Of a stretch of 64,000 nucleotides of DNA, positions 9,501 through 20,455 are shown piece after piece. The notes under the pieces are model-generated. The model was not told the origin of the DNA and ran no database searches. It was given only the letters and a program-made list of their open reading frames with translations. The stretch's first letter is position 1, and every line of letters starts with the position of its first letter. This stretch comes from Planctomycetota bacterium (GTDB taxonomy: Bacteria; Planctomycetota; SZUA-567; H5-PLA8): contig JBBRPR010000014.1 of the NCBI GenBank assembly GCA_038227875.1, positions 64,001-128,000 on the forward strand. The letters are read 5' to 3'. The position numbers were made by a program, and so were the translations under genes.

Positions 9501-12500
9501 GCCAGCGGCGGCGCGTCGATCACCGGCAATTCGACGGGGACGCTCACGATCAGCGGCACGCTCACGCAGGTCAACACAGCGCTCACCGCCTTCAACAATT
9601 TCCTATACCACGGTAATGCTGGATACACGGGCGTGGATCAGGTGAGCATTAATGTCAACGACAACGGCAACACGGGAGCCGGCGGACCGCTGCAGGCGCA
9701 GGGCAGCATCACGCTATACGTGGTCGAGCCGGTGACGGTGACCAGCGGCAACCTTGCGACATTCACCGTCGGGTTACCGGGGACGTTCACGGTGACCACC
9801 AGCGCGTCGTTCCCCACCGCGGCCTTGAGTGAAGTCGGCGCGCTGCCTGCAGGGGTGACGTTCGTCGACAACGGCGACGGCACCGCGACACTCAGCGGCA
9901 CGCCAGGTCCAGGAACCGGCGGGGTTTACCCATTGGTCATTGCTGCCCTGAATGGCGTGCCGCCGGTCGCACTCCAGAATTTCACGCTCTCGGTCAATCA
10001 GGCGCCGACGTTCACCAGCGCCAATGCCTTCTCCTTTGTCGCCGGACAACTGGGACAATTCTATGTCACCACCGGGCCGGATTACCCCACCGCCACGACG
10101 CTTACCTGTGCGGAACCATTGCCCATTGGCCTGCATTTCCACGATCTCCATAACGGCACAGCGTTCCTGGTCGGAATAGCGAATGCCGGAACCGGCGGCG
10201 TGTACACGCTGCATTTCACCGCCAGCAACGGAGTTGCTCCGGACGCGACGCAAACGTTTACGCTGACGGTTTACGAAGCGCCCACGATCAGCAGTGTTGA
10301 CTCCGCCACATTCACGGCGGGGGTGGCTGGGACCTTTACGGTGACGACCGCGCACTGTTACCCCGTGGCCTCGTTTATGCTGATGCCCTCGTTGCCTGCA
10401 GGCTTGAACTTTGTAGACGCGGGAGATGGCACGGCCACGATCAGTGGAACCCCAGCGTCGGGATTCAGCGGAATTCACCCGCAATTAATTCTGGCCAACA
10501 ACGGCGTTTCGCCCCTCGGAGCACAAACACTTATTCTCACGATCAATGAGGGCCCGTCGATCACCAGCAATACCACCACCACATTTACCGTGGGAAGTCT
10601 GGGACAGTTCACCATCACCACCGGACTGCACTTCCCGCTAAATACGGTGCTCAGTTGTTCGGGCGCGCTGCCCGCGGGTGTTCATTTTATCGATGACTCA
10701 GACGGCACGGGGCGATTGATTGGAATTCCAAGCGCTGGTACCGGTGGCGCGTACAGCCTCACGCTCACCGCCAGCAATGGCATCGTTCCAGATGGGACGC
10801 AGACGTTCACGCTCGTCGTCCGGGAAGCACCGCGGATCAGCAGCGCCGATACAGCCATGTTCACTGCCAGCCAGGCCGGAACGTTTACAATTACCACCGA
10901 CCGCGGTTACCCGGCGCCTGCGCTGTCCATCACGGGCGCACTGCCGAGCGGCGTGAGCTGCGTGGATGCTGGCAACGGTACCGCGACGCTCAGCGGAACG
11001 CCGGCCGCGGGAACAGGCGGCGTTTACAGCGTCACGATCACCGCGCAGAATGGCATCTCGTCCAATGCGACTCAGAACTTCACGCTCACCGTCAATGAAG
11101 CGCCGTCGTTCACCAGCGCCAACGCGGCGACGTTCGTCGCCGGAGCCGCTCATACGTTCACCGTCACCACGGGGCATGCGTATCCGGCGGCCGTGACGGT
11201 CAGCTCGTCGGGAACCTTGCCGACGGGCGTGACCTTCACCGACAACGGCAACGGCACGGCGACTCTGGCCGGAACTCCCGCCGATGGCACGGGCGGTCTT
11301 TTCTCGCTGCCCTTCACCGCCAGCAACGGTATCGCGCCGGATGCGACGCAGAACTTCATACTGACCGTCAATGAAGCGCCGACGATCACCAGCGCCAACG
11401 GGGCCACGTTCGCGGTGGGAAGCGCGGGCAGCTTTACGATCACCACCGGACATTGCTACCCGGTGCCTGCGCTGTCGCAGCTGGGGTTCCTGATTCCGAA
11501 TTTGAGCGTCGTGGATCGGGGCGACGGCACCGCGACGTTGAGCGGAACGCCGGCTGCTGAAACCGCGGGGGTGTTTACCTTCACGCTCGTCGCCAGCAAT
11601 GGGGTGGCTCCCGATGCGCATCAGGTTTTCTTTCTGATCGTCAACGTGCCGACAATCACGGTCTCTCCCACCACGTTGAAGAAGGGCACGGTGGGCACCC
11701 CGTACAGTCAGACCGTGTCGGCGGCGGGTGCCGGTTCGGTCGCGCCGTACAGCTTTGCCGTCTCGTCCGGTGCGCTGCCGGGCGGGCTGAACTTGTCGAG
11801 TGCCGGCGTGATCAGTGGGACGCCGACGACCAAGGGCGTCTTCACCTTTACGGTGCAGGCGACGGATTCCAGTGGTGGGTCCGGTCCTTATCAAGGCGCA
11901 TCGGCGGTCACGATTCTGATCGACGAACGCACGCCGCCGGTGGTGACGCAGCAGCCTTCCGGAATCAGCATCTTCACTGGAATGACCGCGACGCTGACGG
12001 TGGCCGCCAGCGGCCAGTCGCTCAGCTATCAGTGGTATCAGGGCGGCAGCGGGGACACGAGCCAGCCCGTCGCTGGTGCGACCGGCAATGCGTTTACTAC
12101 GCCTGCTCAGACGGTCACCACGTCGTACTGGGTGCGTGTCAGCAACTCGGGTGGCTTCACCGACAGCAATGCAGCGCTGGTTACCGTCGTGCCGCCGCCG
12201 CTGATCAATGGCGGTTCGCCCAGTGGCGAAGTGGGCACCGGTGGGCCGATCATCAACGCGCAGATGCCGTTCAGCGTCGATGTTCCAGGCGGCACCACGG
12301 TGACCTGGAACTTCGGCGACGGCTCCACGGCAACCGGTTCCAGCGCCATCCACATCTACACTGCGCCAGGCACGTACACGGTGACGACGACGCTGACCGA
12401 CCCAAGCGGCCAGCAGACGGCACAAACGTCGACGATCGTGATCAAGCCCACGCCGATGCGCATCACGTCGGGCAACTTCATTCTGAATTCCGGCAACGAT

Positions 12501-12884
12501 CGCGCGATCCTGACGGGACTGGTTCACGTGGCGGGTGGTTCGGTGCTCAATCAACAGACGGTGACCGTCGACGTGGGTGGCAACGTTCAGACCTTCACGC
12601 TGAATGCGCGGGGTCAAGGCCGCAGCGGAGCCAGTTCCTTCAGTCTCCGCGCGCGAATGAAGGGCAATTCAAAAGTGACAGCCGACTACGAAGCGCCGAT
12701 CAAGATCGTGTTGAGCGGAGAATTGGGGACGGCGCTGCGTGCGAATTCCAGCCTCGATGCGCAGGGGTTCCCGACACGCGTGACAGTGCTGGTGCAGTTT
12801 AACGGTGGATATTTTGGAGACTCCGCACCGCTGAAATTCAAAGTCGGACCCAACGGTGTCGCGACGGCGAAGGGAAAATTCTGA
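6597..12884 (+). CDS. Large secreted surface/adhesin-like protein: cadherin-like (VNDAP) units, ~8 putative Ig repeats, Ig domain, PKD domain, C-terminal beta domain
   Basis: GGAGGAG RBS before ATG 6597; signal peptide; repeated APTFTSA..TFTVTT..LPAGVTFVDNGDGTATLSGTP; PKD motif WNFGDGSTATG..HIYTAPGTYTVT. Confidence 0.85.
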   Translation: MLHLPSRVHPVTLTALFSFCFFAAIPAWGASAPPFRVPQLPTNGQQPGPIATLGNGYIAIPYQDLSNPALFNQVGVSVFDTNGVRVGAEIIDPTALNYSPAAVAGSASNTFWVVSDVFDLNNPPGMGNFTRIIATLYTVSGNTVTRGVVKTIVDDSFDGSDDESVSVARLANGNYVVAWGHTSADFGSGSTQTRTFDSNFAPLSPRTTISSGATSTPFTFEVSVTSNGTNVDVTYKPNSNTGIYGVAFTVNSGGAISGISAPVNVSAALGGNQSWGHQELPDGTIVVLYNTPQVGATGGDMYGAIFGAGFSGTPSTFLIATGTPVPPNGVYQPVSAQATLFPNGGFIVTYARPTGGHQAEIYARFYDSNHAPLTNEFLVTVPQGTPANGVENLRPYVTSGVAGGGGLAIAWMTMDFTASSNPNTDVYARVYADIGPTSSGGTSSLAAALEDSNPTGASVSSLITGNQYKSMLNHPFAGVAVVGNAATAPQGQWQYSSNAGASWSSVATTVSATNATIIGAGDLIRFQPSSNWNGTPGALTVRVWDGQDGFVADSTAQNISQYIFDTSGITQTTASFTGAFAGTTVFFATSITAVNDAPMTTGSAVTLTAINEDTLNPAGQAVSSAVAALFSDATDAVAGGSSANTLAGIAISGNAEAGEGTWQWFNGSSFVNVGTSVSNSSALILAAGTTVRFVPALNFNGAAPQLTARLIDNSSGAVTAGSTVNFVATGTGGTTPYSAATFGIGEVINPVNDPPVLVNTATPVAATEQTAALLSSTITVSDVELDALNGGAGDYAGATLTVARLVGQMPEDVFGFDPAGAGFTISSGNLQSGGLSFGSFTSGSGVLNITFTSSGTAATQALVRSVLQHITYTNTSDDPPATVSFTYVFHDGNTGSQGSGGTLVGQAVAVVNIAGVNDAPWVTVPLGIQTALKEADAPIVGIVCYDLDAGAGSITATLFVSHGTLNVVASGGASITGNSTGTLTISGTLTQVNTALTAFNNFLYHGNAGYTGVDQVSINVNDNGNTGAGGPLQAQGSITLYVVEPVTVTSGNLATFTVGLPGTFTVTTSASFPTAALSEVGALPAGVTFVDNGDGTATLSGTPGPGTGGVYPLVIAALNGVPPVALQNFTLSVNQAPTFTSANAFSFVAGQLGQFYVTTGPDYPTATTLTCAEPLPIGLHFHDLHNGTAFLVGIANAGTGGVYTLHFTASNGVAPDATQTFTLTVYEAPTISSVDSATFTAGVAGTFTVTTAHCYPVASFMLMPSLPAGLNFVDAGDGTATISGTPASGFSGIHPQLILANNGVSPLGAQTLILTINEGPSITSNTTTTFTVGSLGQFTITTGLHFPLNTVLSCSGALPAGVHFIDDSDGTGRLIGIPSAGTGGAYSLTLTASNGIVPDGTQTFTLVVREAPRISSADTAMFTASQAGTFTITTDRGYPAPALSITGALPSGVSCVDAGNGTATLSGTPAAGTGGVYSVTITAQNGISSNATQNFTLTVNEAPSFTSANAATFVAGAAHTFTVTTGHAYPAAVTVSSSGTLPTGVTFTDNGNGTATLAGTPADGTGGLFSLPFTASNGIAPDATQNFILTVNEAPTITSANGATFAVGSAGSFTITTGHCYPVPALSQLGFLIPNLSVVDRGDGTATLSGTPAAETAGVFTFTLVASNGVAPDAHQVFFLIVNVPTITVSPTTLKKGTVGTPYSQTVSAAGAGSVAPYSFAVSSGALPGGLNLSSAGVISGTPTTKGVFTFTVQATDSSGGSGPYQGASAVTILIDERTPPVVTQQPSGISIFTGMTATLTVAASGQSLSYQWYQGGSGDTSQPVAGATGNAFTTPAQTVTTSYWVRVSNSGGFTDSNAALVTVVPPPLINGGSPSGEVGTGGPIINAQMPFSVDVPGGTTVTWNFGDGSTATGSSAIHIYTAPGTYTVTTTLTDPSGQQTAQTSTIVIKPTPMRITSGNFILNSGNDRAILTGLVHVAGGSVLNQQTVTVDVGGNVQTFTLNARGQGRSGASSFSLRARMKGNSKVTADYEAPIKIVLSGELGTALRANSSLDAQGFPTRVTVLVQFNGGYFGDSAPLKFKVGPNGVATAKGKF

Positions 12885-12934
12885 GGCCATTATTGACCAC
12901 GGTGCGCTGGGGTCAGCGCAGCGGTGACGGACAG

Positions 12935-12974
12935 GTCAGGAAGAAATTCTCGCAGCTGAGAATTTCTTCCTGAC
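12935..12974. repeat. Perfect 17-bp inverted repeat (terminator of the adhesin gene or operator/UAS of the hydrogenase operon)
   Basis: GTCAGGAAGAAATTCTC-gcagct-GAGAATTTCTTCCTGAC. Confidence 0.75.
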
Positions 12975-13067
12975 GTTGAGAACGTTAAAATTTATGCAGT
13001 GGGGATGGCTCAAATTACAAAGATCAAATCGAACTGGACTTGCATGTAATTTCAGGCACAAACACGG

Positions 13068-13084
13068 CTGGCACTTTATGTGCA
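13068..13084 (+). promoter_or_regulatory. Candidate sigma54 promoter of the hydrogenase operon
   Basis: CTGGCACTTTATGTGCA versus consensus YTGGCACG-N4-TTGCW; correct GG-N10-GC spacing, about 55 bp upstream of hydB. Confidence 0.55.
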
Positions 13085-13139
13085 CATCCCGATCACAGCA
13101 GATGCACGTCAAAACGTTCAACTCCTGGCAGGATGAACC

Positions 13140-14285
13140 GTGTCGAACCTGTGTAAAGTCGGCGAGAACTGGGTGCTGTCGCGAGCGAAGCTCCAGGGCT
13201 TAATCGATGCGCTGACGGGCAGCGGGTACCAGGTGATCGCACCCACGGTTCGCGATCAGGCTATCGTCTACGACCGGATTTTCAACGAGCGCGAATTGCC
13301 GGTGGGCTTCACCGACGAACAGGACGGCGGGAAGTACCGCCTCAAGCGGCGCAGCGACGAGTCCGTGTTTGGATTCGCTGTCGGGCCGACCTCGTGGAAG
13401 CGGTTTTTGCATCCGCCCATTTTTAAACTCTGGGGCGCTGCGAAAACGGACGTCGGCATCGCCTTCAAACCCAACACGGATCCCGTGCCGAAGTACGCTT
13501 TTCTGGGCGTGCGGGCGTGCGAACTTCAGGCCATCGGTGTTCAAGATCGCGTGTTCATGACGCCGCCGTTTATCGATTCGGTTTACGCTCAGCGCCGCGA
13601 ACTGGCGTTGATCGTAGCGTTGAATTGTTCGATGTCGGGCGGGACGTGTTTTTGTGCGTCGATGAACACCGGACCGAAAGTCAGCTCCGGCTACGACCTG
13701 GCGCTGACGGAACTGCTCGGCGGCGGCGCGCACAACTTTCTGCTGCATGTCGGTTCGGAAAAAGGCGCGCAGATCGCGTCGCAGCTCGAACTGGAGCCGG
13801 CCACCGCCACGCACACCAACGCCGCGGACGCGGTCGTCGCGCACACGGCCAGCACGATGGGCCGTCAGCTGGATATCAGTGGCGTAAAGGAATTGCTGGC
13901 GTCGAATCTGGAGCACCCTCGCTGGGATGCCGTCGCGGCGCGCTGCGAATCGTGCGCAAATTGTACGATGGTTTGCCCGACCTGCTTCTGTACGACGGTT
14001 GAGGACGTGACCGATCTGGCCGGACAGAATACCGAGCACCAGCGGCGCTGGGATTCGTGCTTCACGTCTGATTTTTCGCACGTTCACGGCGGCAGCGTGC
14101 GGCAGAGCACCAAGTCGCGCTACCGCCAGTGGCTGACGCACAAGCTCTCGACGTGGCACGATCAGTTTGGAACTTCCGGCTGTGTGGGTTGCGGGCGCTG
14201 CATCACGTGGTGTCCGGTGGGCATTGATCTGACCGAGGAAGTGCGTGCCATTCGCGAAGAACCGAAAGCGGAGGCGAAAGCGTAA
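13140..14285 (+). CDS. hydB: Group 3b [NiFe]-hydrogenase (sulfhydrogenase) beta subunit, 4Fe-4S dicluster
   Basis: [14 protein letters not shown] and [29 protein letters not shown]. Confidence 0.9.
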   Translation: MSNLCKVGENWVLSRAKLQGLIDALTGSGYQVIAPTVRDQAIVYDRIFNERELPVGFTDEQDGGKYRLKRRSDESVFGFAVGPTSWKRFLHPPIFKLWGAAKTDVGIAFKPNTDPVPKYAFLGVRACELQAIGVQDRVFMTPPFIDSVYAQRRELALIVALNCSMSGGTCFCASMNTGPKVSSGYDLALTELLGGGAHNFLLHVGSEKGAQIASQLELEPATATHTNAADAVVAHTASTMGRQLDISGVKELLASNLEHPRWDAVAARCESCANCTMVCPTCFCTTVEDVTDLAGQNTEHQRRWDSCFTSDFSHVHGGSVRQSTKSRYRQWLTHKLSTWHDQFGTSGCVGCGRCITWCPVGIDLTEEVRAIREEPKAEAKA

Positions 14286-14287
14286 TC

Positions 14288-14791
14288 ATGGAGACACTCG
14301 AGCCGATTCTTTCCGAACATCCATTTTTCAAAGACCTGCCGCAGTCGTATCTGCATCTGATTACGGGCTGCGCGTCGAATACCACGTTTGAGGAAGGGGA
14401 ATTCATTTTTCGGGAAGGACACGAAGCGAATAATTTCTATCTGCTCCGCCAGGGCCGCGTGGCGCTGGAAATTTCCGTTCCCTCGCACGCACCGATTGTG
14501 CTCAAGACGCTGGACGCCGGGGAGATCCTGGGCTGGTCGTGGCTGGTCTCTCCCTACCATTGGATGATGGACGCACGCGCGGTGGAATTGACGCGCGCCA
14601 TCGCACTGGACGGACCGTGCCTGCGCAAGAAATGCGAAGCCGACGGTGCTCTGGGCTACGATCTGCTGAAACGCTTTGCGCACGTCATGGAGCAGGAACT
14701 TCAGGCGGCGCGGTTGCAGTTGATTGATGTCTACGGCCGGCCCACGGCTCCGGCTGCGCCTGGCGCCATCGGAAAGGAGCGGAAAGCATGA
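14288..14791 (+). CDS. Stand-alone cyclic nucleotide-binding domain protein (no HTH)
   Basis: [29 protein letters not shown] cNMP fold; 167 aa. Confidence 0.85.
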   Translation: METLEPILSEHPFFKDLPQSYLHLITGCASNTTFEEGEFIFREGHEANNFYLLRQGRVALEISVPSHAPIVLKTLDAGEILGWSWLVSPYHWMMDARAVELTRAIALDGPCLRKKCEADGALGYDLLKRFAHVMEQELQAARLQLIDVYGRPTAPAAPGAIGKERKA

Positions 14792-15627
14792 GCTGCGTTT
14801 CCGATCCGATGCTGCCGAAGTCTTTCCGCGTCAGCCGCGTGAAGACCGAGACCGCCGATACGTTCACGCTGGATCTGCATCCGCAGGATGATGCCGCCAT
14901 GGGCATGGCTTTTGAGCCCGGGCAATTCAACATGCTCTACGTTTTCGGCCAGGGTGAAGTGCCGATTTCGATCAGCGGCGATCCGGCTCAACCGAACACG
15001 CTGGTACACACCATTCGCGCAGTCGGCGGCGTGACGGAAGCGCTGCAGCGTTGCCGCAAAGGTGACATGATCGGCGTACGTGGGCCGTTTGGTACGCCGT
15101 GGCCGGTCAGCGCCGCACACGGGAAGGACGTAATCATCGCCGCGGGCGGGCTGGGGCTCGCGCCGCTGCGCCCGGTGGTCTACCAGGTGTTGAACACGCG
15201 CGAAAAGTTCGGCAAGGTGACGCTGCTTTACGGAACGCGGTCGCCCGACGACATTTTGTTCGAAAAGGAATTGGAGAAGTGGCGCGGGCGCTTCGATTTC
15301 GACGTTCACGTTGCCGTGGCGACCGCGACGCCGAAGTGGCGCGGCATCGTCGGCTTCATCACGGCGTTGATTCCGAAAGCGAATTTCGACCCGGCCAACG
15401 CCGCGGTCTTCGCCTGCGGTCCGGAATTGATGATGCGCGTGACGGCCAACGAATTCATCAAGCGCGGCGTGCCGCTGAATCAGACCTTTGTTTCGATGGA
15501 ACGGAACATGAAATGCGCTGTGGGATTCTGTGGCCATTGCCAGCTTGGTCCCACCTTCATCTGCAAGGACGGGCCGGTCTTTCCGTACAACCGCATCCGC
15601 GATTTGATGCTCGTGAGGGAGCTCTGA
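14788..15627 (+). CDS. hydG: Group 3b hydrogenase gamma subunit (FAD/NAD(P)-binding, 2Fe-2S)
   Basis: [52 protein letters not shown]. Confidence 0.9.
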   Translation: MSCVSDPMLPKSFRVSRVKTETADTFTLDLHPQDDAAMGMAFEPGQFNMLYVFGQGEVPISISGDPAQPNTLVHTIRAVGGVTEALQRCRKGDMIGVRGPFGTPWPVSAAHGKDVIIAAGGLGLAPLRPVVYQVLNTREKFGKVTLLYGTRSPDDILFEKELEKWRGRFDFDVHVAVATATPKWRGIVGFITALIPKANFDPANAAVFACGPELMMRVTANEFIKRGVPLNQTFVSMERNMKCAVGFCGHCQLGPTFICKDGPVFPYNRIRDLMLVREL

Positions 15628-15632
15628 TCCCC

Positions 15633-16415
15633 ATGTCACGCGCTCATCGAAAACCCAAACTGGCGGTCTGGAAATTCGCTTCCTGCGACGGCTGCCAGCT
15701 TTCGCTGCTCGACTGCGAAGACGAACTGCTCGCGATTGCCGGCGAGATCGAGATCGCCAACTTTGTCGAAGCGTCGCGGGCCGTGGTGAAAGGTCCGTAC
15801 GACCTCTCGCTGGTGGAAGGCTCGATCACCACAGGGCACGACGAGGCGCGGATTCAGCACGTGCGGAAAATGTCGAAGCATCTGGTCACTATCGGCGCGT
15901 GTGCGACGGCCGGCGGGATTCAGGCGCTGCGCAATTTCAAGGATGTGAAGGAATTCACGTCGATTGTTTACGCCAAGCCGGAGTACATCGAAACGCTGGC
16001 GACGTCGACCCCGATCTCCGCTCACGTCCGCGTGGATTTCGAGCTGCGCGGCTGCCCGATCAACAAAACTCAATTGCTGGAAGTGCTGACCGCGTTTCTG
16101 CACGGCCGGCGGCCCAACATTCCCGACCAGAGCGTGTGCATGGAATGTAAATTGAAGGGCAACGTCTGCGTCATGGTCGCGCACGGTACGCCGTGCCTGG
16201 GACCGGTGACGCACTCGGGCTGCGGAGCGCTGTGCCCGTCGTACGACCGGGGTTGTTACGGCTGCTTCGGGCCGAAGGAGAACGCCAACACGGCCGCGCT
16301 GGGCACATGGCTGCACGACAAGGGCATGCCGCACGCCGACATCATGCGCAGCTTTCAGACCTACAACGCCGCCGCCACGCCGTTCCGAAAGGAAAGCGAA
16401 GCGCATGAAGAGTAG
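15633..16415 (+). CDS. hydD: Group 3b hydrogenase small (delta) subunit
   Basis: [45 protein letters not shown]; start at ATG 15633, not 15099. Confidence 0.9.
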   Translation: MSRAHRKPKLAVWKFASCDGCQLSLLDCEDELLAIAGEIEIANFVEASRAVVKGPYDLSLVEGSITTGHDEARIQHVRKMSKHLVTIGACATAGGIQALRNFKDVKEFTSIVYAKPEYIETLATSTPISAHVRVDFELRGCPINKTQLLEVLTAFLHGRRPNIPDQSVCMECKLKGNVCVMVAHGTPCLGPVTHSGCGALCPSYDRGCYGCFGPKENANTAALGTWLHDKGMPHADIMRSFQTYNAAATPFRKESEAHEE

Positions 16416-17694
16416 AACGATCAAGGTCGATTATCTCGCGCGCGTGGAAGGCGAAGGCAGCCTGCGCGTCAAGATTAAAGACAATGTGCTGAAGGATGTG
16501 CAGCTCAAAATTTTCGAGCCGCCGCGCTTTTTCGAAGCGTTTCTGCGCGGGCGCACGTACATGGAAGCGCCGGACATCACCGCGCGCATCTGCGGCATCT
16601 GCCCGGTCGCATATCAAATGAGCGCCGTGCATGCGATCGAAAGTGCGTTCGACGTGAAGGTGCCGGAGCCGATCCGTCTACTGCGCCGTTTGCTGTACTG
16701 CGGCGAATGGGTTGAAAGTCATGCCTTGCACATTTACATGCTGCATGCGCCGGACTTTTTGAATTTTGAAGACGCCGTGCAGATGGCCAAGAAATTTCCG
16801 GAGATCGTCAAGCGCGGCCTGCAGTTGAAGAAGGCCGGCAACGCGATTGTGGCGCTGCTTGGCGGGCGCGAGATTCACCCAATCAATGTCCGCGTGGGCG
16901 GATTCTACCGCACGCCGTCGCGCAACGAATTGCTCACGCTGCTGGATTCGCTGAAGTGGGCGCGCGACGCGTCCGTCGAAACCGTGCGCTTTGCGGCGAC
17001 GCTGCCGTTTCCGGATTTCGAATGCGACTACGAATTTGTCTCGCTGAGGCACGAGAAGGATTATCCGTTCAGTGAAGGGAGCATTGTTTCCAACCGTGGC
17101 CTGAACATTGCGACAGATCAGTTCGATGCGCATTTTGCCGAGGAGCATGTCCAGCATTCCAACGCGCTCCACTGCTTGCTCAAAGAACGTGGTGCGTACT
17201 TTGTCGGGCCGATGGCACGGTACAATTTGAACTTCGATCGCCTCTCGAAGCTGGCGCGCGATGCCGCGATCGAGGCGAAGCTGGGGCCGGTTTGCAACAA
17301 TCCATTCAAGAGCATTATCATTCGGAGCGTGGAGCTGGTGCAGGTGTTTGATGAGGCGATTCGCATCGTGGAAGGCTACGAGCCGCCGTCCGCTCCGTTT
17401 GTGGCGATGACGCCGCGGAAATCCGTCGGCTACGCGGCCACCGAAGCGCCGCGCGGCATGCTCGTGCATCGCTATGCGCTCGACGATGCGGGGATCATCA
17501 CCGACGCGCGGATTGTGCCGCCGACGTCGCAGAATCAGAAGACCATCGAGAATGACCTGTGGCAGTTCGTGCCGCGAAATCTCCACCTCAATAACGCCGA
17601 TCTGACGTGGCGCTGCGAGCAGGCCATTCGAAATTACGATCCGTGTATTTCGTGTGCGACACATTTTCTCAAAATGGACGTGGAACGGAGCTGA
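16405..17694 (+). CDS. hydA: Group 3b [NiFe]-hydrogenase large (alpha) subunit
   Basis: RVEGE, L1 RICGICP, EAPRG, L2 DPCISCATH plus short cleavable tail FLKMDVERS. Confidence 0.95.
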   Translation: MKSRTIKVDYLARVEGEGSLRVKIKDNVLKDVQLKIFEPPRFFEAFLRGRTYMEAPDITARICGICPVAYQMSAVHAIESAFDVKVPEPIRLLRRLLYCGEWVESHALHIYMLHAPDFLNFEDAVQMAKKFPEIVKRGLQLKKAGNAIVALLGGREIHPINVRVGGFYRTPSRNELLTLLDSLKWARDASVETVRFAATLPFPDFECDYEFVSLRHEKDYPFSEGSIVSNRGLNIATDQFDAHFAEEHVQHSNALHCLLKERGAYFVGPMARYNLNFDRLSKLARDAAIEAKLGPVCNNPFKSIIIRSVELVQVFDEAIRIVEGYEPPSAPFVAMTPRKSVGYAATEAPRGMLVHRYALDDAGIITDARIVPPTSQNQKTIENDLWQFVPRNLHLNNADLTWRCEQAIRNYDPCISCATHFLKMDVERS

Positions 17695-17698
17695 CAAA

Positions 17699-20455
17699 AT
17701 GACTCATCAAGATACTCATCAAGATACTCATCAAGATACTCATCAAGATACTCATCAAGATACTCATCAACTACGCCGGGCGCTGGATCCTATTTTCACC
17801 CCGCGCAGCGTCGCGCTGATCGGCGCGACGGAAAAGCCCGGCAGTGTCGGGCGTACGATATTGCAGAACCTGACGGGGGCGAATTTCTCCGGGCCGATCT
17901 ATCCCGTGAATCCCAAGCGCGAGACCGTGTTGGGTTTCAAAGCGTATCCCTCGCTCACCAGCATCGGCAAGCCGGTCGATCTCGTCGTGATCGTGACGCC
18001 TGCAACCAACGTGCCGGCATTGATCGCCGAAAGCGTGGCGTGTGGCGTGCCCGGCGCGATCATTATCTCCGCGGGATTCAAGGAGACGGGGCCCGAGGGC
18101 GTGGAGCTCGAGCGCCAGGTTCGCGAGGCCGCGGCGGGGAAGATCCGCATCATCGGCCCCAATTGCCTGGGCGTGATGAACCCGCTCACGGGTTTAAACG
18201 CGACGTTCGCCAGCACCATCGCGCGGCCGGGCAATGTCGGATTCATCAGCCAGAGTGGCGCGCTCTGCACCGCGATTCTGGACTGGAGCCTGCGTGAAAA
18301 TGTCGGCTTCAGCGCGTTCGTCTCGACCGGCTCGATGCTCGACATCGGCTGGGGCGATCTGATCTACCATCTCGGCGACGATCCCAAAACCGAGAGCATC
18401 GTGATCTACATGGAGTCCGTCGGCGACGCGCGCAGTTTCATGTCCGCCGCGCGCGAAATCGCGCTGTCCAAGCCGATCATCGTGATCAAGGCCGGCCGGA
18501 CGCAGGCCGCCGCCAAGGCCGCCGCGTCGCACACGGGCGCGCTGGCCGGCAGCAACGATGTGCTCGACGCCGCGTTCCGCCGGTGCGGCGTGCTGCGCGT
18601 AAACAACATTTCAGAACTGTTCGCGCTGGCGGCGACGCTGGCCAAGCAGCCGCGCCCGCGCGGTCCGCGACTGACGGTGCTCACCAACGCCGGCGGTCCC
18701 GGAGTACTCGCGACCGATGCGCTGATCAGCGCCGGTGGAACTCTTTCCGAATTGTCGACGCAGACCTCCGCTCAGCTCAATGCGATTCTGCCGTCGCATT
18801 GGAGCCACTCCAATCCGGTCGACGTGCTGGGCGATGCCGATCCCGAGCGCTACGTGAAGGCCTTTGAAATCGCCGCGTGCGATGAGAACAGCGACGGCAC
18901 ATTGGTGATTTTGACGCCGCAGGCGATGACGAATCCCACCGGGTTTGCCGAACGGATGGCCGGTGCGAAGCGGCCGGCGGGCAAGCCGGTGCTCGCCAGT
19001 TGGATGGGCGGCGATGACGTGGCCCCTGGCATCGAACTGCTCAACCGGGCCGGCATCCCCACCTTCTCCTATCCCGATGAAGCGGCGGAAGCGTTCGCGT
19101 ACATGTGGCAGTACAGCGCCAATCTTCAGCGCTTGTATGAGACGCCTGAACTCAGCGCCGATGACCCGGCGGCGGCCAGTCCGCTGCCGCAGGTCGAATC
19201 ATTGTTGACCTCCGCGCGGCGCGACGGCCGTACGTTGCTGACGGAAGTCGAATCGAAACACCTGCTGCAGGCATACGGTCTGCCTGTGGTGGCGACGCAT
19301 CTGGCGAGAACGGTTGACGAGGCGGTGACGTTCGCGGACTCACTGCGCTACCCTGTGGTGCTGAAACTGTATTCGCACACGATCACGCACAAGACGGATG
19401 TCGGCGGCGTGCAGTTAAATCTCGCCAGTTCCGAGGACGTGCGCCGCGCATTTGCGCTGATCGAACACAACGTGGCGACGCATGCGGGCCGCGAGCATTT
19501 CCAGGGCGTGACGGTGCAGCGTATGGAGAAGCTGGAAGGCTACGAGATCATCCTGGGCAGCAGCATCGATCCGCAATTCGGACCGGTGTTGTTGTTTGGC
19601 CTCGGCGGACAGCTGGTGGAAGTGTTCAAGGACCGCGCGCTCGCGCTTCCGCCGCTGACGACAACGCTGGCGCGGCAGATGATGGAACGGACGAAAATTT
19701 TCACCGCGCTGCAGGGTGTGCGCGGGCGCAAGGCCGTGGACCTGGCGAAGCTGGAACGCATTCTCGTGCGCTTCAGCCAGCTGGTGGCCGAACAGCCGCG
19801 CATCAAGGAACTGGATATCAACCCGCTGCTCGTGTCACCCGACAACATCGTCGCGCTGGACGCGCGCGTGGTGTTGCACGATTGGGCCGTGAACGATGCC
19901 GCGCTGCCGCGCACGGCGATCCGGCCGTATCCGCGCAAGTACGTCTCGGAATTTAAAACGAGCAATGGTATCGCGGTGACGGTGCGGCCGATCCGGCCCG
20001 AAGACGAACCGCTGATCGTACAGTTTCATGAAACCTTGTCTGAGCAGACTGTGCGGCTGCGCTACCTGCACAACTTGAAATTCGACGAACGCGTTGCGCA
20101 CCAGCGGCTGATGCGCATCTGTTTCATCGATTACGACCGCGAGCTGTCGCTGGTCGCCGAGGTCAAGGATGCCGCGGGTCAGGCGCGGATTGTCGGCGTG
20201 GGCCGATTGAACAAACTGCACGGCGGAAATGCCGCGCACATTTATCTGGTGATCTCCGATGCGTTCCAAGGGAAGGGTATCGGGCGCGAATTGACAACGC
20301 GAATGCTGCAGGCTGCCCGGGACGAGAAGGTTCAAACCGTGTTCGCGGAACTTCTGCCCGATGCCGCGGGGATGCAGAAGTTGTGCCGGACGTTTGGATT
20401 CAGCATTGCCCCGGCTCAATCCGGCGGAAACTTGTATGCGGAATTGGCGTTATGA
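17699..20455 (+). CDS. Bifunctional NDP-forming acetate-CoA ligase (alpha+beta) / GNAT acetyltransferase (Pat/YfiQ-like architecture)
   Basis: CoA-binding domain (VALIGAT, PVNP, GPNCLG), [24 protein letters not shown]-grasp [14 protein letters not shown]-terminal GNAT (RPIRPED, FQGKGIG). Confidence 0.9.
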   Translation: MTHQDTHQDTHQDTHQDTHQDTHQLRRALDPIFTPRSVALIGATEKPGSVGRTILQNLTGANFSGPIYPVNPKRETVLGFKAYPSLTSIGKPVDLVVIVTPATNVPALIAESVACGVPGAIIISAGFKETGPEGVELERQVREAAAGKIRIIGPNCLGVMNPLTGLNATFASTIARPGNVGFISQSGALCTAILDWSLRENVGFSAFVSTGSMLDIGWGDLIYHLGDDPKTESIVIYMESVGDARSFMSAAREIALSKPIIVIKAGRTQAAAKAAASHTGALAGSNDVLDAAFRRCGVLRVNNISELFALAATLAKQPRPRGPRLTVLTNAGGPGVLATDALISAGGTLSELSTQTSAQLNAILPSHWSHSNPVDVLGDADPERYVKAFEIAACDENSDGTLVILTPQAMTNPTGFAERMAGAKRPAGKPVLASWMGGDDVAPGIELLNRAGIPTFSYPDEAAEAFAYMWQYSANLQRLYETPELSADDPAAASPLPQVESLLTSARRDGRTLLTEVESKHLLQAYGLPVVATHLARTVDEAVTFADSLRYPVVLKLYSHTITHKTDVGGVQLNLASSEDVRRAFALIEHNVATHAGREHFQGVTVQRMEKLEGYEIILGSSIDPQFGPVLLFGLGGQLVEVFKDRALALPPLTTTLARQMMERTKIFTALQGVRGRKAVDLAKLERILVRFSQLVAEQPRIKELDINPLLVSPDNIVALDARVVLHDWAVNDAALPRTAIRPYPRKYVSEFKTSNGIAVTVRPIRPEDEPLIVQFHETLSEQTVRLRYLHNLKFDERVAHQRLMRICFIDYDRELSLVAEVKDAAGQARIVGVGRLNKLHGGNAAHIYLVISDAFQGKGIGRELTTRMLQAARDEKVQTVFAELLPDAAGMQKLCRTFGFSIAPAQSGGNLYAELAL
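17702..17770 (+). repeat. Perfect 12-bp tandem repeat ACTCATCAAGAT x5.75 (THQD repeat)
   Basis: Read directly; in frame right after the start codon of the ligase/GNAT gene. Confidence 0.95.

Noticed and set aside
10698..12617. 639-aa minus-strand ORF, and similar long ORFs at 56833-58650, 57044-58312, 53242-54618, 59377-60918
   Set aside because: Arg-rich antisense or alternate-frame shadows of well-supported genes, expected in high-GC DNA
15099..15632. Long N-terminal extensions in the ORF track (hydD, hypC, hypE, larC, protease, CAP protein 58843)
   Set aside because: They overlap neighbouring genes; family motifs and RBS or stop-start overlaps support the downstream starts
17702..17770. 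Possible CRISPR array
   Set aside because: Head-to-tail 12-bp units without spacers and no cas genes; it is a VNTR
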